From the NCBI GenBank assembly GCA_002762795.1, contig PCYA01000014.1, positions 73,205 through 137,204 of the forward strand: 64,000 nt of DNA, in the 5' to 3' direction. Numbering within the stretch: the stretch's first letter is position 1; every line of letters begins with the position of its first letter. The notes under the pieces were generated by a model that ran no database searches, was not told the DNA's origin, and saw nothing but the letters and a program-made list of their open reading frames with translations. Origin of the DNA: Candidatus Woesearchaeota archaeon CG10_big_fil_rev_8_21_14_0_10_37_12. GTDB lineage: Archaea > Nanobdellota > Nanobdellia > Woesearchaeales > ARS49. A program made the translations under genes and the position numbers. Below are positions 19,030 through 29,250 of the stretch, one piece after another.

Positions 19030-20052
19030 TTGCACTTTATGCGCAAAATGGTTGATTTTTTTGGAAGAATAAGCGAGAAACGTGCTGTTGAGACTGTTAA
19101 AGAAGCTGAAAGAAAATTTATTTATGAGCTTGTTGATGACGCAAGAGCTCCTCTGACAAAGTTTGCCAAGAAATTAAGAGTGTCAAAAGATACTGCACAT
19201 TACACTTTAACCAAACTACAGAAGAGTCATGTTGTCGTGCATATTTCTCCAATTGTTGACCTGACACGATTTGGTTTCAGAACATATCATGCTTTTTTTG
19301 TTACAAACGATGATAATAAACAAAAGCGTACAGAGTTCTTAGAATACCTCAAAAAACACGCACACACAAAAAGTTTGATGGAATACACTGATCGGTGGGA
19401 GATTGAATGGATATTAATTGCAAAAAACGTGCAGGAATTTGACAGCATTATTATGAAAACAGTAACAAAATTTTCTGACGTGATCATTGAAAAAATGAAA
19501 CTGCTCGTGATTAAAGGTTACAAGTCAACAACTGTTGCAGCAAGGCACATTCCTGAATTAAAAAATCCAAAGAGTTACGAATATGATAATGCTGATTTAA
19601 AACTGTTAAATTTTCTTCATGAAGACGGACGCATGAGTTCGCATGCAATTGCTGAGCAGCTAAAAATTTCTCCGAATGCAGTGCGTTATCGCATAAAAAA
19701 ACTAATTGAAACAAATATAATTCGTTCATTTTCTGCAACAATAAATATGAGCGCGCTTGGATATCACGTGTACACTGTTGGTCTTATTTTGAAATCGTTG
19801 AGCGAGGAGCAAGAAGCAAAGATGCGCGAGTTTTTCAGAAATAAACGATTTATTATTCGTGCAGTAAAAGTGCTTGGCCACTGGGATGTTTTGCTTACTA
19901 TTGTTTCAGATTCAATCAAACATTTTCATACCACTGTTAAAGAGATCGAAGATGCTTTTTCTGATGTCATTATTAATTATGAATCTTTGATTGCATATGA
20001 AGAACACGTGTTCAAATATATTCCTGATGTTGTCATGAAGGAGAAGAAATAA
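19030..20052 (+). CDS. Transcriptional regulator with two tandem Lrp/AsnC-type winged-helix modules
   Basis: 340 aa. HTH-like segments are present at residues ~30-75 and ~195-240 (LKISPNAVRYRIKKLIETNII), and each is followed by a ligand-binding-like domain. Confidence 0.55.
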   Translation: MHFMRKMVDFFGRISEKRAVETVKEAERKFIYELVDDARAPLTKFAKKLRVSKDTAHYTLTKLQKSHVVVHISPIVDLTRFGFRTYHAFFVTNDDNKQKRTEFLEYLKKHAHTKSLMEYTDRWEIEWILIAKNVQEFDSIIMKTVTKFSDVIIEKMKLLVIKGYKSTTVAARHIPELKNPKSYEYDNADLKLLNFLHEDGRMSSHAIAEQLKISPNAVRYRIKKLIETNIIRSFSATINMSALGYHVYTVGLILKSLSEEQEAKMREFFRNKRFIIRAVKVLGHWDVLLTIVSDSIKHFHTTVKEIEDAFSDVIINYESLIAYEEHVFKYIPDVVMKEKK

Positions 20053-20095
20053 TTCTAAAAGCTTATAAACATCATAACCCAAAAAAAAAGTATTC

Positions 20096-20169
20096 GGGCG
20101 CGTAGCTCAGCCTGGTAGAGTGCTTCGTTCGCAACGAAGAAGCCCCGGGTTCAAATCCCGGCGCGTCCA
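20096..20169 (+). tRNA. tRNA-Ala (anticodon CGC)
   Basis: Acceptor GGGCGCG/CGCGUCC carries the G3:U70 Ala identity pair. The D-arm is GCUC-AGCCUGGUA-GAGU. Anticodon loop UUCGCAA gives CGC. The T-arm is CCGGG-UUCAAAU-CCCGG and the discriminator is A. Confidence 0.85.
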
Positions 20170-20471
20170 TAGAACTAAAGCTTGATATTGATTTTTCAGG
20201 CAAATAAATTTAAAAAGTGAAATTATTTATTGTGAATAATGAAAAAGTGGTTTGTTATTGCAGTAATTAGGTCAATATTTTTTTAGTTACAGTTTTCAGC
20301 TCCACCAACCCCCCAAAAAAGAAATCTTGTGTGATTTAATCATGCGAATGAAGTAGTTGATATGATTAGATAGCACATTTTGAGTGCAAAAACTCACCTA
20401 ATCATCAGAAGATATGATTAACTTGAATAAAAAAGTTATTCTTTTTATACTATTGATTTAATCTGTTATTT

Positions 20472-21620
20472 ATGAAACTTCGCCAGAAACCAGAGGATTT
20501 TATTGTAGAAGAAATTCCTTCAAAAGAACTCAAATCTTCTGGAAAGTTTGCTGTTTACAAATTGTCAAAAGTAAACATGACAACGTTTGCCGCAGAGAAA
20601 GTATTAGCAAGGCATTGTAATGTTAAATTCAATAAAATAGGTTTTGCAGGGCTTAAAGACACTCATGCAAGAACAACTCAGTATTTTTCTGTTGAAACAA
20701 ATAAGCCTGAATGCGGAACATTTAAAGAACAAAATGTCATCTCTCAGATTGTTGGTTTTTTTGACGAAAAAATTCGCACAGGTGATCTCGCAGGCAATAA
20801 ATTCATCATCACTGTTCGTGAACTTTCAGAAAAAGATGTTAAAATTGCAAAGAAAAATCTGTCTTTTGTAAAAGCAGGCGTGCCAAATTATTTTGACAGC
20901 CAGCGTTTTGGAAGTCTAAAAGGAGTAAAAGGGTTTATTGCAAAAGACATTTTACTTAATGATTATGAGTCTGCTGTTAAAAAAGCAATAACTCCCATTT
21001 ATAGAAAACAAAAATCCCAAATAAAAATAATCAACAAATTTTTACTTGCTCATTGGAGGAAATGGAATTTATGTTTAACAGAAATTGAAAAATATGGTTT
21101 GGAAAAAACCGCGCAAGGAACAATAATATCTTTTTTATCAGAACACCCTCAGGATTTCAAAACTGCGTTTCAGAAGCTGTTCAAAGGAATACGCGAAATA
21201 TTTTTCTCAGCGTACCAGTCTTACATCTGGAATGAATGTGTAAGACAAGTAATAAAAAACGCAACGCAAAAAAACATAGGGATTCCTTATGAAGCAGGAA
21301 TATTGACATTTCCACAATCAAATGTAAATCTGATTGGCAAAGAATTTCCATTACTTGCTGCAAGTATGCAAACAACCGAAGAAAACATGAAAATCATACA
21401 AAACATATTGAAAAAAGAAAATATGGCTCTTGATAAATTTAAAACAGATGAACATGTACTTGTACCAAGACTCCGAAAGATATTTGTTGTGCCTGAAAAT
21501 CTTTTTGTCGAATTTGAGGATGATGAGAGGAATGAAGGCAAGAAAAAAGCAATTGTCTCATTTAATTTGCCAAAAGGATCGTATGCAACTATTGTGCTGA
21601 AGGGATTGTTTGAGGAATAA
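20472..21620 (+). CDS. truD: tRNA pseudouridine synthase TruD/Pus7 family
   Basis: PEDFIVEEI at the N-terminus, FAGLKDTHARTTQ, and NYFDSQRFG are motifs conserved in TruD/Pus7. Confidence 0.75.
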   Translation: MKLRQKPEDFIVEEIPSKELKSSGKFAVYKLSKVNMTTFAAEKVLARHCNVKFNKIGFAGLKDTHARTTQYFSVETNKPECGTFKEQNVISQIVGFFDEKIRTGDLAGNKFIITVRELSEKDVKIAKKNLSFVKAGVPNYFDSQRFGSLKGVKGFIAKDILLNDYESAVKKAITPIYRKQKSQIKIINKFLLAHWRKWNLCLTEIEKYGLEKTAQGTIISFLSEHPQDFKTAFQKLFKGIREIFFSAYQSYIWNECVRQVIKNATQKNIGIPYEAGILTFPQSNVNLIGKEFPLLAASMQTTEENMKIIQNILKKENMALDKFKTDEHVLVPRLRKIFVVPENLFVEFEDDERNEGKKKAIVSFNLPKGSYATIVLKGLFEE

Positions 21621-21665
21621 ATAGGAATAATTAAAAACTACTTACTGCAGACTGCATACTAGATT

Positions 21666-21739
21666 GGGCGTGTGGTCTAACCCGGTATGGCGCTCGGCTG
21701 GCAGCCGAGAAACTGCGAGTTCAAATCTCGCCACGTCCA
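21666..21739 (+). tRNA. tRNA-Ala (anticodon GGC)
   Basis: Acceptor GGGCGUG/CACGUCC has G3:U70. Anticodon arm CUCGG-CUGGCAG-CCGAG gives GGC. The T-arm is GCGAG-UUCAAAU-CUCGC. The D-loop is 9 nt and contains GG. Confidence 0.75.
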
Positions 21740-21809
21740 TTGAAAAATAACCAGCAATTATTGGAATACAAAATTTGAAAAACAATCTTGCGCTGAATTT
21801 CTTTAAGTC

Positions 21810-22643
21810 CTATTTCTCATCAAGTAAGAGGTGCAAATGATGCATTGTAGAGATATACGTTTCAATTGATGCAATTTCGGGAGTTACACGTTGAGTAGCA
21901 ACCCTTAATCTTAACTGCTTATCATACCCTTCTCCCTTCTCAATTTCTCGATGTATTTCTAATTCCACTTGAGAAGCAGGCAATGGCGGTAGCTCAAGCC
22001 CTGCTCTTGGAGCAACGCTTGCAAGTCCATAATGCAATAAACAGTTTTTATTGTTGTATAACCAAGTTTCTGCACCTGACTTTTTTGGAGGAGGAATGTC
22101 CAATTCCAAACCTAATGATTCATAGCGACTAAGCAACTTTACATACAAACTCCATCTCTCATTATCTTTACACTCTCTGGAACTTTCTTGTCTTACAACT
22201 TTTTCAATTCCTTTACCAAGTTCACCATTCAAATATTCAACTAAACTTTTCTCAGCGTTAGACAACCCGTCAATAATTCCGAGTCGCATTAATTTTTCTA
22301 GACAATATACGGCATCTGCCCCCATTCTCCAACCATACCTAAGATCAAGATAACAGTCTCTAAAATGATTTAATTTGCGTTTTGTCTCTTGTGTAAGCTC
22401 ATATTTTGGATTAAGTAAATTATCGGCATATGCTCCAAATGCAAGAAATTTTACTGCAGCATCATAGAACTCGTTTCGTCTCTCATTTTGTATCATGCCA
22501 TCATCTATTAAGCCATGAAACCGCTTATCTTCTTCAGTTAAGTACTTGCGTATTTCCTGTTCTTTCTCTATTGGTATAACAATACGCGCTCTAAACTGCT
22601 CCAGCTCTACTGGTGTTCCACTCCCATCAACTAAAACCACCAT
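21810..22643 (-). CDS. Hypothetical protein
   Basis: 277-aa ORF with no recognised motif. Confidence 0.4.
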   Translation of the reverse strand: MVVLVDGSGTPVELEQFRARIVIPIEKEQEIRKYLTEEDKRFHGLIDDGMIQNERRNEFYDAAVKFLAFGAYADNLLNPKYELTQETKRKLNHFRDCYLDLRYGWRMGADAVYCLEKLMRLGIIDGLSNAEKSLVEYLNGELGKGIEKVVRQESSRECKDNERWSLYVKLLSRYESLGLELDIPPPKKSGAETWLYNNKNCLLHYGLASVAPRAGLELPPLPASQVELEIHREIEKGEGYDKQLRLRVATQRVTPEIASIETYISTMHHLHLLLDEK

Positions 22644-22667
22644 ATGACCAGAAAATTTATGAATGTT

Positions 22668-25600
22668 TTATAAAACTTCCTGCACGTAATTTCTTTGATC
22701 GTACCATTTTCTGGAAGAAGTTGCAGTTCTTTGTTTAGGTCCTTTTTCAGATGGTAAAACATCTCGCGCATGAACAACTCTTTCCTTTTCGCCTCTATGA
22801 ACTGCAACAAAATGCTCTAAGTCTCGCATGAGTGCGTCGCTTGTTTCTTCTATTCCTGCTCCGGGTCCGGGGTTGATCGTGTATTGTTTTCCATCTGTAT
22901 TAAAGAGGAACAAATTATCTGTTGCTTGTAATCTGTAAAATGGATTTTCTTTGTGTACTTCTTGAAGTCCAACTGATATCCATCCTCTTTTTAATTTATC
23001 ATCATAATGAACTTCAGCAATGTAACAAAGTGATTTGTCTTTAGGAAGTTCTGTTTTAAGTTTTTCAAATGCTGAATCAAGAGGTTCTATTTGTTTAGCA
23101 AAGTCTGCTCCTTTTGCTGATGTAATAGAATTAAGATCAAAAGTTATTCCTGAATCTCGTTCATAAGCGTCAATTATTGGTTGAATGAAACTTTCATGTT
23201 CGATATTGCATGCACTGAAGCCAACACCATATCGTGTTGCTATTATTCTCCAAAGAATTATTGCTTTGTTTAAAACATCTCGTCCAGAATAGTCATCGTA
23301 CGGTTTTGGTTCTGTGTAGCCTTGTTCAATGGCAGTTGTGATAACTTCAGATAGTTTTTTTCCTTGTTCAAGTTCAGATAAAGTATAGCCTAAAGTTCCG
23401 CTCATAACACCTTGGACATGAATTGTTCTTGGTTTGTCTTTAATAAGATCCATTAATGTTTCTGTAGCTCCTAAGTTTGCGCCAACTGTTCCTCGTATGT
23501 GTACCCGGTCGTCAAATACTGCGTTCAACAACCGTCGAGATCTTGACCTTTTTCTCCATTCATTTGTTTTTTGACCAGCGCTCACAGAATTATTATAATT
23601 CATCGCGCAAGGTGTTTTGTTAACAGACACAACATCCATACCAAGAGCAAGCGCATAAGATTGCACGTCTGCCATGCAAGAGTTGTTTGTAGCATCAACA
23701 AACACAAAATCGCCTTTTTCCATTCCTTGAACGCTACGAATGTCTCTTAAGTCAAGATAAACAAGATCAAAAATCCTACTGCGATATTCACCAATCTCAG
23801 AAAAAGATTTTTGTTCTTTTCGTTTGACATGAATAATTTCACCAAGATCATATTCGCTAAATCCTCCAATTTTTGAAAGAACTCCTGTGCTGTCTGCAAC
23901 ACCAACAACATTAATACCTAGTTTATCATATGATTCGAGAGCTTTTTCCAAAAATCTTAAACCGACTTTTCCAGCACCAAAGAGGATAACATTTATTTTT
24001 TTGAGCTTGTTGTATGTGCAGCGAATAATATCTTCGATAGAGTCTGTTGGAACAACAACTTGTAAAAGTTCTGGATGATCTGGCGGAATAAACGGAACAA
24101 CTCGTCTGAATCCCGGAGCGAGTTTACCGTCCCTTACAAGAGTTTCTGCCACAAATTTTAAGTAATCCTTATACGCGTGACCTATTTTTTCTCCGCAAAC
24201 TGAAACAAGTGAACAATCTGGATAATGAGCGATTTGTGCAGGATCAAAAGCTTGTTCTCCCGTGCGTTCAGTAGTTTCATTTATTCGTTCAACAAGATTT
24301 GTGCCAAAGTGTGTTTTGTTGTCTCTGCCTTCTTTTGGTGTAGTTTGAATAACAAACGTTCCCAGAAGTCCATCTTTTGTTGTTTCAGCTTTTGAGTAAA
24401 GTAATCGAGCACCATCATATTCTTGAATTGTTCTTCGCACAAGATCAAATTCTGTTCCATCTTTAACATCAAACTCTCTGTAGGCAATGTTATGTAAAAC
24501 ACCAATGCCTTTCATTCGGGATCGTGATGATGTTGAAAATGAAGTGATAGTTGTTCCAGGGTCATCTGGATTGAATGTGTTTTTAACAACAGGAGAACAA
24601 GTTGCATTTCTTTCCAAAATGTCTAGTGCTTCTTGTTTAATAACAGGCATACCGCCAAACGAGCCAAGAGTTGCTACTTCTCTTCGAGAAATTTGCCTTA
24701 CTGTTTGTGCACCACCAAGAAGTTTTGGATCTGCAATTAGAACACCATCAGCATCAGAATAAATAAATGGTTGAGAAACTTTCAATGCAACAGCCAAAGC
24801 TATTGTTGTAACATTTGACCCGTCTCTTCCAAGAGTTGTTCTTCTTCCTTCTTCATCTTTTGCAACAAAACCAGGATAAAAAATAAGACGATGAGGATTT
24901 TGCTCTCGTAACTCTTTATGATAACGAGCGATGTCTGTTCTAAGGCTTTGTTCAAGAAGTTCTGCTTTTGTGAATTTTGAATCTGTTACAAAGCCAGCAT
25001 CACCTGATTCTACTGTTAAGACATATTTGCCATCGCACGAGTTTAAGCGTTCTAACAGGTGTTGTTCAGTAAGTTCCAGTTCTGTTCTTTCTTTTTTCTG
25101 CCTCAAACGAGTATGTTCTGCTGCAAGCTTTTGTTGTACAACTTCTGCAACTATCGGCGTTGATAATAATTCACCTATTGAAACAACAGAATCAGAAAGT
25201 GCACATTCATCAAGAGTTAACCCTATGTGCGACGCGCGTATTTGTTCTGTAACAAGTTCTTCAAGTTGAGAAAGTCTGTCTCGGACATCAGTTTTATCAA
25301 ATCTAAGTTCATCAAGCGTTACATAATGTTTTCTTCTGATCCTATTTATTCGGCGCAGTGCTGCTTCAGAATCTTTGTCCTTAACTGCCTGAACCACATT
25401 TAAACAATGATCTGTTATTTTTTTCTCTTTACTTCCGGGTGTTTTGCCAAGTGCAGAAACAACAACATTCACGTTTCTGTAACCAGTTAGCTCTTCAATA
25501 CCTAAATAACCATGAACTCGCGTCATATACTGGCGTACAATAATGTCTGCTACTAGATTGATATTTGCAGCTGTAGAAACAGAACTGCCCCCGAACTTGA

Positions 25601-25697
25601 TTATTGTTTCTTGCAAAGTGCCACTCCGAATAAAAATCAAAAGTGAAGATATAAAAGACTTGCCATTAAAAATAATTTGTCTATTGTCAAGAACCAT
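22668..25697 (-). CDS. Bifunctional aspartokinase / homoserine dehydrogenase (ThrA-like) with an extended central regulatory region
   Basis: 1009 aa. The N-terminal amino-acid-kinase motifs are IIKFGGSSV and VVSALGKT. The central region is ACT-like. The C-terminal half has the homoserine dehydrogenase NAD-binding motif ILFGAGKVG and conserved GVMSGTLGY and NPGPGAG blocks. Confidence 0.75.
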   Translation of the reverse strand: MVLDNRQIIFNGKSFISSLLIFIRSGTLQETIIKFGGSSVSTAANINLVADIIVRQYMTRVHGYLGIEELTGYRNVNVVVSALGKTPGSKEKKITDHCLNVVQAVKDKDSEAALRRINRIRRKHYVTLDELRFDKTDVRDRLSQLEELVTEQIRASHIGLTLDECALSDSVVSIGELLSTPIVAEVVQQKLAAEHTRLRQKKERTELELTEQHLLERLNSCDGKYVLTVESGDAGFVTDSKFTKAELLEQSLRTDIARYHKELREQNPHRLIFYPGFVAKDEEGRRTTLGRDGSNVTTIALAVALKVSQPFIYSDADGVLIADPKLLGGAQTVRQISRREVATLGSFGGMPVIKQEALDILERNATCSPVVKNTFNPDDPGTTITSFSTSSRSRMKGIGVLHNIAYREFDVKDGTEFDLVRRTIQEYDGARLLYSKAETTKDGLLGTFVIQTTPKEGRDNKTHFGTNLVERINETTERTGEQAFDPAQIAHYPDCSLVSVCGEKIGHAYKDYLKFVAETLVRDGKLAPGFRRVVPFIPPDHPELLQVVVPTDSIEDIIRCTYNKLKKINVILFGAGKVGLRFLEKALESYDKLGINVVGVADSTGVLSKIGGFSEYDLGEIIHVKRKEQKSFSEIGEYRSRIFDLVYLDLRDIRSVQGMEKGDFVFVDATNNSCMADVQSYALALGMDVVSVNKTPCAMNYNNSVSAGQKTNEWRKRSRSRRLLNAVFDDRVHIRGTVGANLGATETLMDLIKDKPRTIHVQGVMSGTLGYTLSELEQGKKLSEVITTAIEQGYTEPKPYDDYSGRDVLNKAIILWRIIATRYGVGFSACNIEHESFIQPIIDAYERDSGITFDLNSITSAKGADFAKQIEPLDSAFEKLKTELPKDKSLCYIAEVHYDDKLKRGWISVGLQEVHKENPFYRLQATDNLFLFNTDGKQYTINPGPGAGIEETSDALMRDLEHFVAVHRGEKERVVHARDVLPSEKGPKQRTATSSRKWYDQRNYVQEVL

Positions 25698-25847
25698 CCG
25701 TCAATAGATGGATGGCATGAAGCGACAGCTTCATCTTCACTTGTAATGACCCGTGGTTTTTGATCATGCTTAGAAATATGCCATATCACTATGGTGATAA
25801 GGACTCTGTCCATCAGTCAAATATACTGATAGTATATTTCTGACATA

Positions 25848-26249
25848 TTAACAACCCAGTTCTCTTCGTTGTTTCAATTTCCAGAGCCTATTTTGCTCTT
25901 TAGAAGGGTCAATCTCAGCAATCCAAACAACATTGCCCAGATGATATCCACCATCGCGATCTATAACAAAAGTTTCGCCTATTTTAGGCGCTTCAAATCT
26001 GCCGCTTCGTGTTGCAACACCAATACCACTGCCTACGCTAAAAGGTGCTTTGTAGGCACGATAAAATTCTACGCCGTATTCTAAAAGCTCAGAGTCTTCA
26101 CAAGTTCGAAACTCATAAGATGAGTATGGGCTGCGTCTTCTTTCTTCTTGTTTCGGGCTGCAAACAGCAATTTGGTGAATCATTGGAAGTCTAAAATCAT
26201 CAAGGCTTTCTTGCACCACAAAGTAAACGCGCATAAAATAAAAAAGCAA
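25848..26249 (-). CDS. Hypothetical protein
   Basis: 133-aa ORF. The start is probably internal and I recognise no motif. Confidence 0.3.
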   Translation of the reverse strand: MLFYFMRVYFVVQESLDDFRLPMIHQIAVCSPKQEERRRSPYSSYEFRTCEDSELLEYGVEFYRAYKAPFSVGSGIGVATRSGRFEAPKIGETFVIDRDGGYHLGNVVWIAEIDPSKEQNRLWKLKQRRELGC

Positions 26250-26306
26250 ATATTAAATTAAAATTTTGCGAAACACTTTTAAACAGATACATTTCTTATC
26301 GTCTGT

Positions 26307-26945
26307 ATGGTGAAAGCAGTATTTTTTGACTTTTGGGGAACGTTAGTTGAAAACGGAACAAGATCTCCAATGAAGCAGTCCTGGCAGATATTACGTACAG
26401 GCCTGCCGTTTAGTCCATTTGTTCAACGTTTTGAAGAAGCAGTAATGACAAAACAGTTTCCAGATCAGGCAGCTGCATTTACTGAAGCGTGTAATGAGTT
26501 TGATATTGCTCCAAAGCCGTTTATTATTGAAAAATTGATTGGTGTTTGGAATAAGAATAAATTGCTTGCAAAAACATATGATGAAACAGAAGTCACGTTA
26601 AGGGAGCTTAAGCAAAAAGGACTCAAGCTCGTACTTGTAAGCAATACATTACAAGATAATGTTTCTCCTGTTTTGGAAAAGTTTGGTTTGCTTGAGTTAT
26701 TTGATCATGTTTTTCTCAGTGATGAGCAGGGTGTGTTGAAAACAACCGGTTTATTTGAAAAAGCGTTAAAAGAAGCAAAGTTGAAAGCAAAAGATGTTAT
26801 TTCTGTGGGAGATAGTATTGAAACAGATATTAAAGGTGCAGAAGCTGCAGGAATTAAATCTTATTTGATTGACAGGCGGAACACAAGAGAGTTTGAGAGT
26901 AAAATTGTTAGTTTGGATGAATTAACAGATATTGTAGAGGAATAA
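26307..26945 (+). CDS. HAD-superfamily hydrolase (subfamily IA-like)
   Basis: Motif I is FFDFWGTLV (DxxGT-type with D replaced by a context variant). The later motifs LVSNT and GDSIETDIKGA are typical of HAD phosphatases. Confidence 0.65.
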   Translation: MVKAVFFDFWGTLVENGTRSPMKQSWQILRTGLPFSPFVQRFEEAVMTKQFPDQAAAFTEACNEFDIAPKPFIIEKLIGVWNKNKLLAKTYDETEVTLRELKQKGLKLVLVSNTLQDNVSPVLEKFGLLELFDHVFLSDEQGVLKTTGLFEKALKEAKLKAKDVISVGDSIETDIKGAEAAGIKSYLIDRRNTREFESKIVSLDELTDIVEE

Positions 26946-26946
26946 A

Positions 26947-27216
26947 ATGATAAAAATAATTCATAGAGGTCATGATAGACAGGGTAGAGGTTTTACTCCT
27001 GAAGAAGTACTTGAAGCAGGCTTAACGTGCCAACAATTTGGCAGAATTACTGGTGTTCGCTGGGAACCAAGAAGGAAAACAAAATATTCTGAAAATGTAA
27101 AATTCTTGAAAGAACTTGCAAGTAAGTTGCCTGAAGAAACTAAAAAAGAAAGCAAGCCAAAAAAAGTGATTGATAAAAAGCCAGCTGTAAAAAAAGCTGA
27201 GGCTAAGAAAAAATAA
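26947..27216 (+). CDS. rpl13e: Ribosomal protein eL13 (L13e)
   Basis: RQGRGFTPEEVLEAGL...RWEPRRKTKYSENVKFLKEL parallels the eukaryotic/archaeal eL13 block (AGRGFSLEEL..AGI....D.RR.N.S.E.L..NV.RLK.Y). The C-terminus is Lys-rich. Confidence 0.7.
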   Translation: MIKIIHRGHDRQGRGFTPEEVLEAGLTCQQFGRITGVRWEPRRKTKYSENVKFLKELASKLPEETKKESKPKKVIDKKPAVKKAEAKKK

Positions 27217-27217
27217 A

Positions 27218-27631
27218 ATGAGTGATTGTGTTTTTTGTAAGATTGTGAATAACGAAATACCAAGTGATAAAGTATTTGAAAACGATCACGTAATGGCTTT
27301 TCTTGATATTGCGCCAAGTAGTCCTGGGCATACTTTAGTGATTCCTAAGGAGCATTATGCTGATTTGACTGAAACTCCTGATAATGTTCTTGCGGAGTTA
27401 AGCAAGACTGTTAAAAAAATTGGTCCGAAAATTGTGAGCGCAGTTGATGCCAAAGGATTTAATCTTCTTTCAAACATTAAAGAAGTTGCTGGTCAGGTTA
27501 TATTTCACACACACATTCATATAATTCCTCGTTTTGAAGGCGATGGTTTAAAACACTGGCCTAAAATTGAGTTAAGCAAAGAAAAAATAGAAGAAATAAA
27601 AGAAGAAATAATTGAAAATATTACAAAATAG
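27218..27631 (+). CDS. HIT family hydrolase (histidine triad protein)
   Basis: N-terminal CVFCKIV, then PSSPGHTLVIPKEH, and the histidine triad HTHIHIIPR. Confidence 0.8.
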   Translation: MSDCVFCKIVNNEIPSDKVFENDHVMAFLDIAPSSPGHTLVIPKEHYADLTETPDNVLAELSKTVKKIGPKIVSAVDAKGFNLLSNIKEVAGQVIFHTHIHIIPRFEGDGLKHWPKIELSKEKIEEIKEEIIENITK

Positions 27632-28738
27632 TTAGCTTAATCGCATAATCTCACCATTTTTAATTTGATTTTTTGCTGGTTTTGTTCCAATAACATCGCC
27701 ATTTTCATCAAATGATATCTTTCCAAGTATGCCGTCGTAAGGCTCCATTTCATAGAGCCAGTTTTTAATTGCAGTTGCGTCATAACCGACTGCCTCAATT
27801 GCGTTTTTTAGGATGTAAACTGAATCATATCGTGCTGCTGCTCCGTATTCAAATGCAGGATCTTCACCATACTTTTCTTTGTATTTTTCAAACAGTTTTT
27901 TCTTTTTTGGACTTTCTGATACTGGTGGTTCTGAGAAGAAGATCATCCCGTCTGCTAACGGGTGTTTTCTGACTTCTTTGTTTGTGCCGAAGAAATTTCC
28001 ATACAATTGTCCTTTGTAGCCAAGCTCCTGAAGTTGGTTCAATGAAGCAATTCCCGTTGCAGGAGTGTTTGGGTTCAAATAAATAACATCTGGCTTTTGC
28101 GCTAAAAGTTTAGTTAATTGAGTTCTATGGTCTTGAGAGTCTTGTTCGTAAAATTCTTCAATAACAGTTCTTCCTTCTTTTTCAAAATATTTTCTGATGA
28201 CTGTGCTGATGCCGACAGGATAGTTTGTTTGTTCTGTTATGAGCCCAACAGTTTTGTATTTGCTGAGCTCTTTTGCAAGAGAATTGCCCATTACTTCATC
28301 AGAATAAATTGTCCTGAAAATGTAATCTCCTGAATGAGTTATGTCTGGCAATGTTGCCCAAGCAGCAATAACAAGAACTTTGTTTTGTTCTGCTAAAGGT
28401 GAAATTCCAAAAGTCTCTGCACCACAAACAGACAATATTATTTTGACTTTATCAACTTCAATTAATTTCGTGGCTGCACTGACAGCACCTTTTGCAGTGC
28501 ATTTTCCATCTTCATAAATGACATTGACTTGTTTGCTATTAATTCCACCTGCTGAATTGATCTCATTAAGTGCAATTTCTATAACATTTTTTTCTAATAT
28601 GCCATAAATTGCAGAATCTCCAGATAATGGACCAACAAAGCCAATAGTTATTGTGTCTTCTGCTGTTGTTGCACCTGTGAGTGCTTGTCCGCAGCTAATT
28701 AATGATAGTAATACAAATAGTAAGAGTGGTTTTTTCAT
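27632..28738 (-). CDS. LivK-like (Peripla_BP_6) substrate-binding lipoprotein, orphan (module 1)
   Basis: Lipobox LISC. IGFVGPLSGDSAIYG...ALNEINSAGGINSKQVNVIYEDGKC follows the branched-chain amino acid binding protein fold signature. No permease or ATPase is adjacent. Confidence 0.75.
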   Translation of the reverse strand: MKKPLLLFVLLSLISCGQALTGATTAEDTITIGFVGPLSGDSAIYGILEKNVIEIALNEINSAGGINSKQVNVIYEDGKCTAKGAVSAATKLIEVDKVKIILSVCGAETFGISPLAEQNKVLVIAAWATLPDITHSGDYIFRTIYSDEVMGNSLAKELSKYKTVGLITEQTNYPVGISTVIRKYFEKEGRTVIEEFYEQDSQDHRTQLTKLLAQKPDVIYLNPNTPATGIASLNQLQELGYKGQLYGNFFGTNKEVRKHPLADGMIFFSEPPVSESPKKKKLFEKYKEKYGEDPAFEYGAAARYDSVYILKNAIEAVGYDATAIKNWLYEMEPYDGILGKISFDENGDVIGTKPAKNQIKNGEIMRLS

Positions 28739-29250
28739 GGACTTTCCCTCTGAAATGGTGCTAGATATCCCACCGTGCGGGCAAGGTTGTCTGAGTCAGA
28801 ATACACACCGGATTGTTTAAATGCGTCAAATTCTTTTTCTGTTAGAAAGCGACAAGCCCATTTGATGAAGTCAGTTAGTAATTGCTCGCCATGAATCTGT
28901 ATTTTTTCAGAGGGCGTGTATCTGGTTGTTTGTTCTGATGTATTTAGTTCATAAGTGTCCATTGTGTAAAGAACGTCATGATATCTTGTTCTAAATCGAA
29001 TAAGTTCTGGAGCGGAAATAGGCTTTGGATCCTCAGATATAATAAAGACATGTGAACTAAAACCATCGAAGGCAAATCCCTTTGGCAGCAGTTCAATTCT
29101 TCCTCCAACAGGTATGTTTGCGTGCCATTTTGCAAGTCTATAATCTGCTCCTTGCCATTCGCAGACAGGACATTCATAGATTGGTGCTCCGTCTTCCTTT
29201 TTTCCTATTTCGATTGGTTCTAATTTACCTTCGAGGTCAACATCAATCAT
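28735..29250 (-). CDS. Hypothetical CxxC protein (paralog of 29247-29786)
   Basis: 171 aa with YECPVCEW...HANIPVGGRIELLPKGFAFDGF. It is in an operon with the binding protein through 4-nt overlaps. Confidence 0.4.
   Translation of the reverse strand: MIDVDLEGKLEPIEIGKKEDGAPIYECPVCEWQGADYRLAKWHANIPVGGRIELLPKGFAFDGFSSHVFIISEDPKPISAPELIRFRTRYHDVLYTMDTYELNTSEQTTRYTPSEKIQIHGEQLLTDFIKWACRFLTEKEFDAFKQSGVYSDSDNLARTVGYLAPFQRESP

Noticed and set aside
22668-25697. Possibility that the 1009-aa ORF is two genes (aspartokinase and homoserine dehydrogenase) joined by a frameshift
   Set aside because: The frame is continuous with no internal stop, and the central segment is ACT-like, consistent with a genuine ThrA-type fusion with an extended linker.
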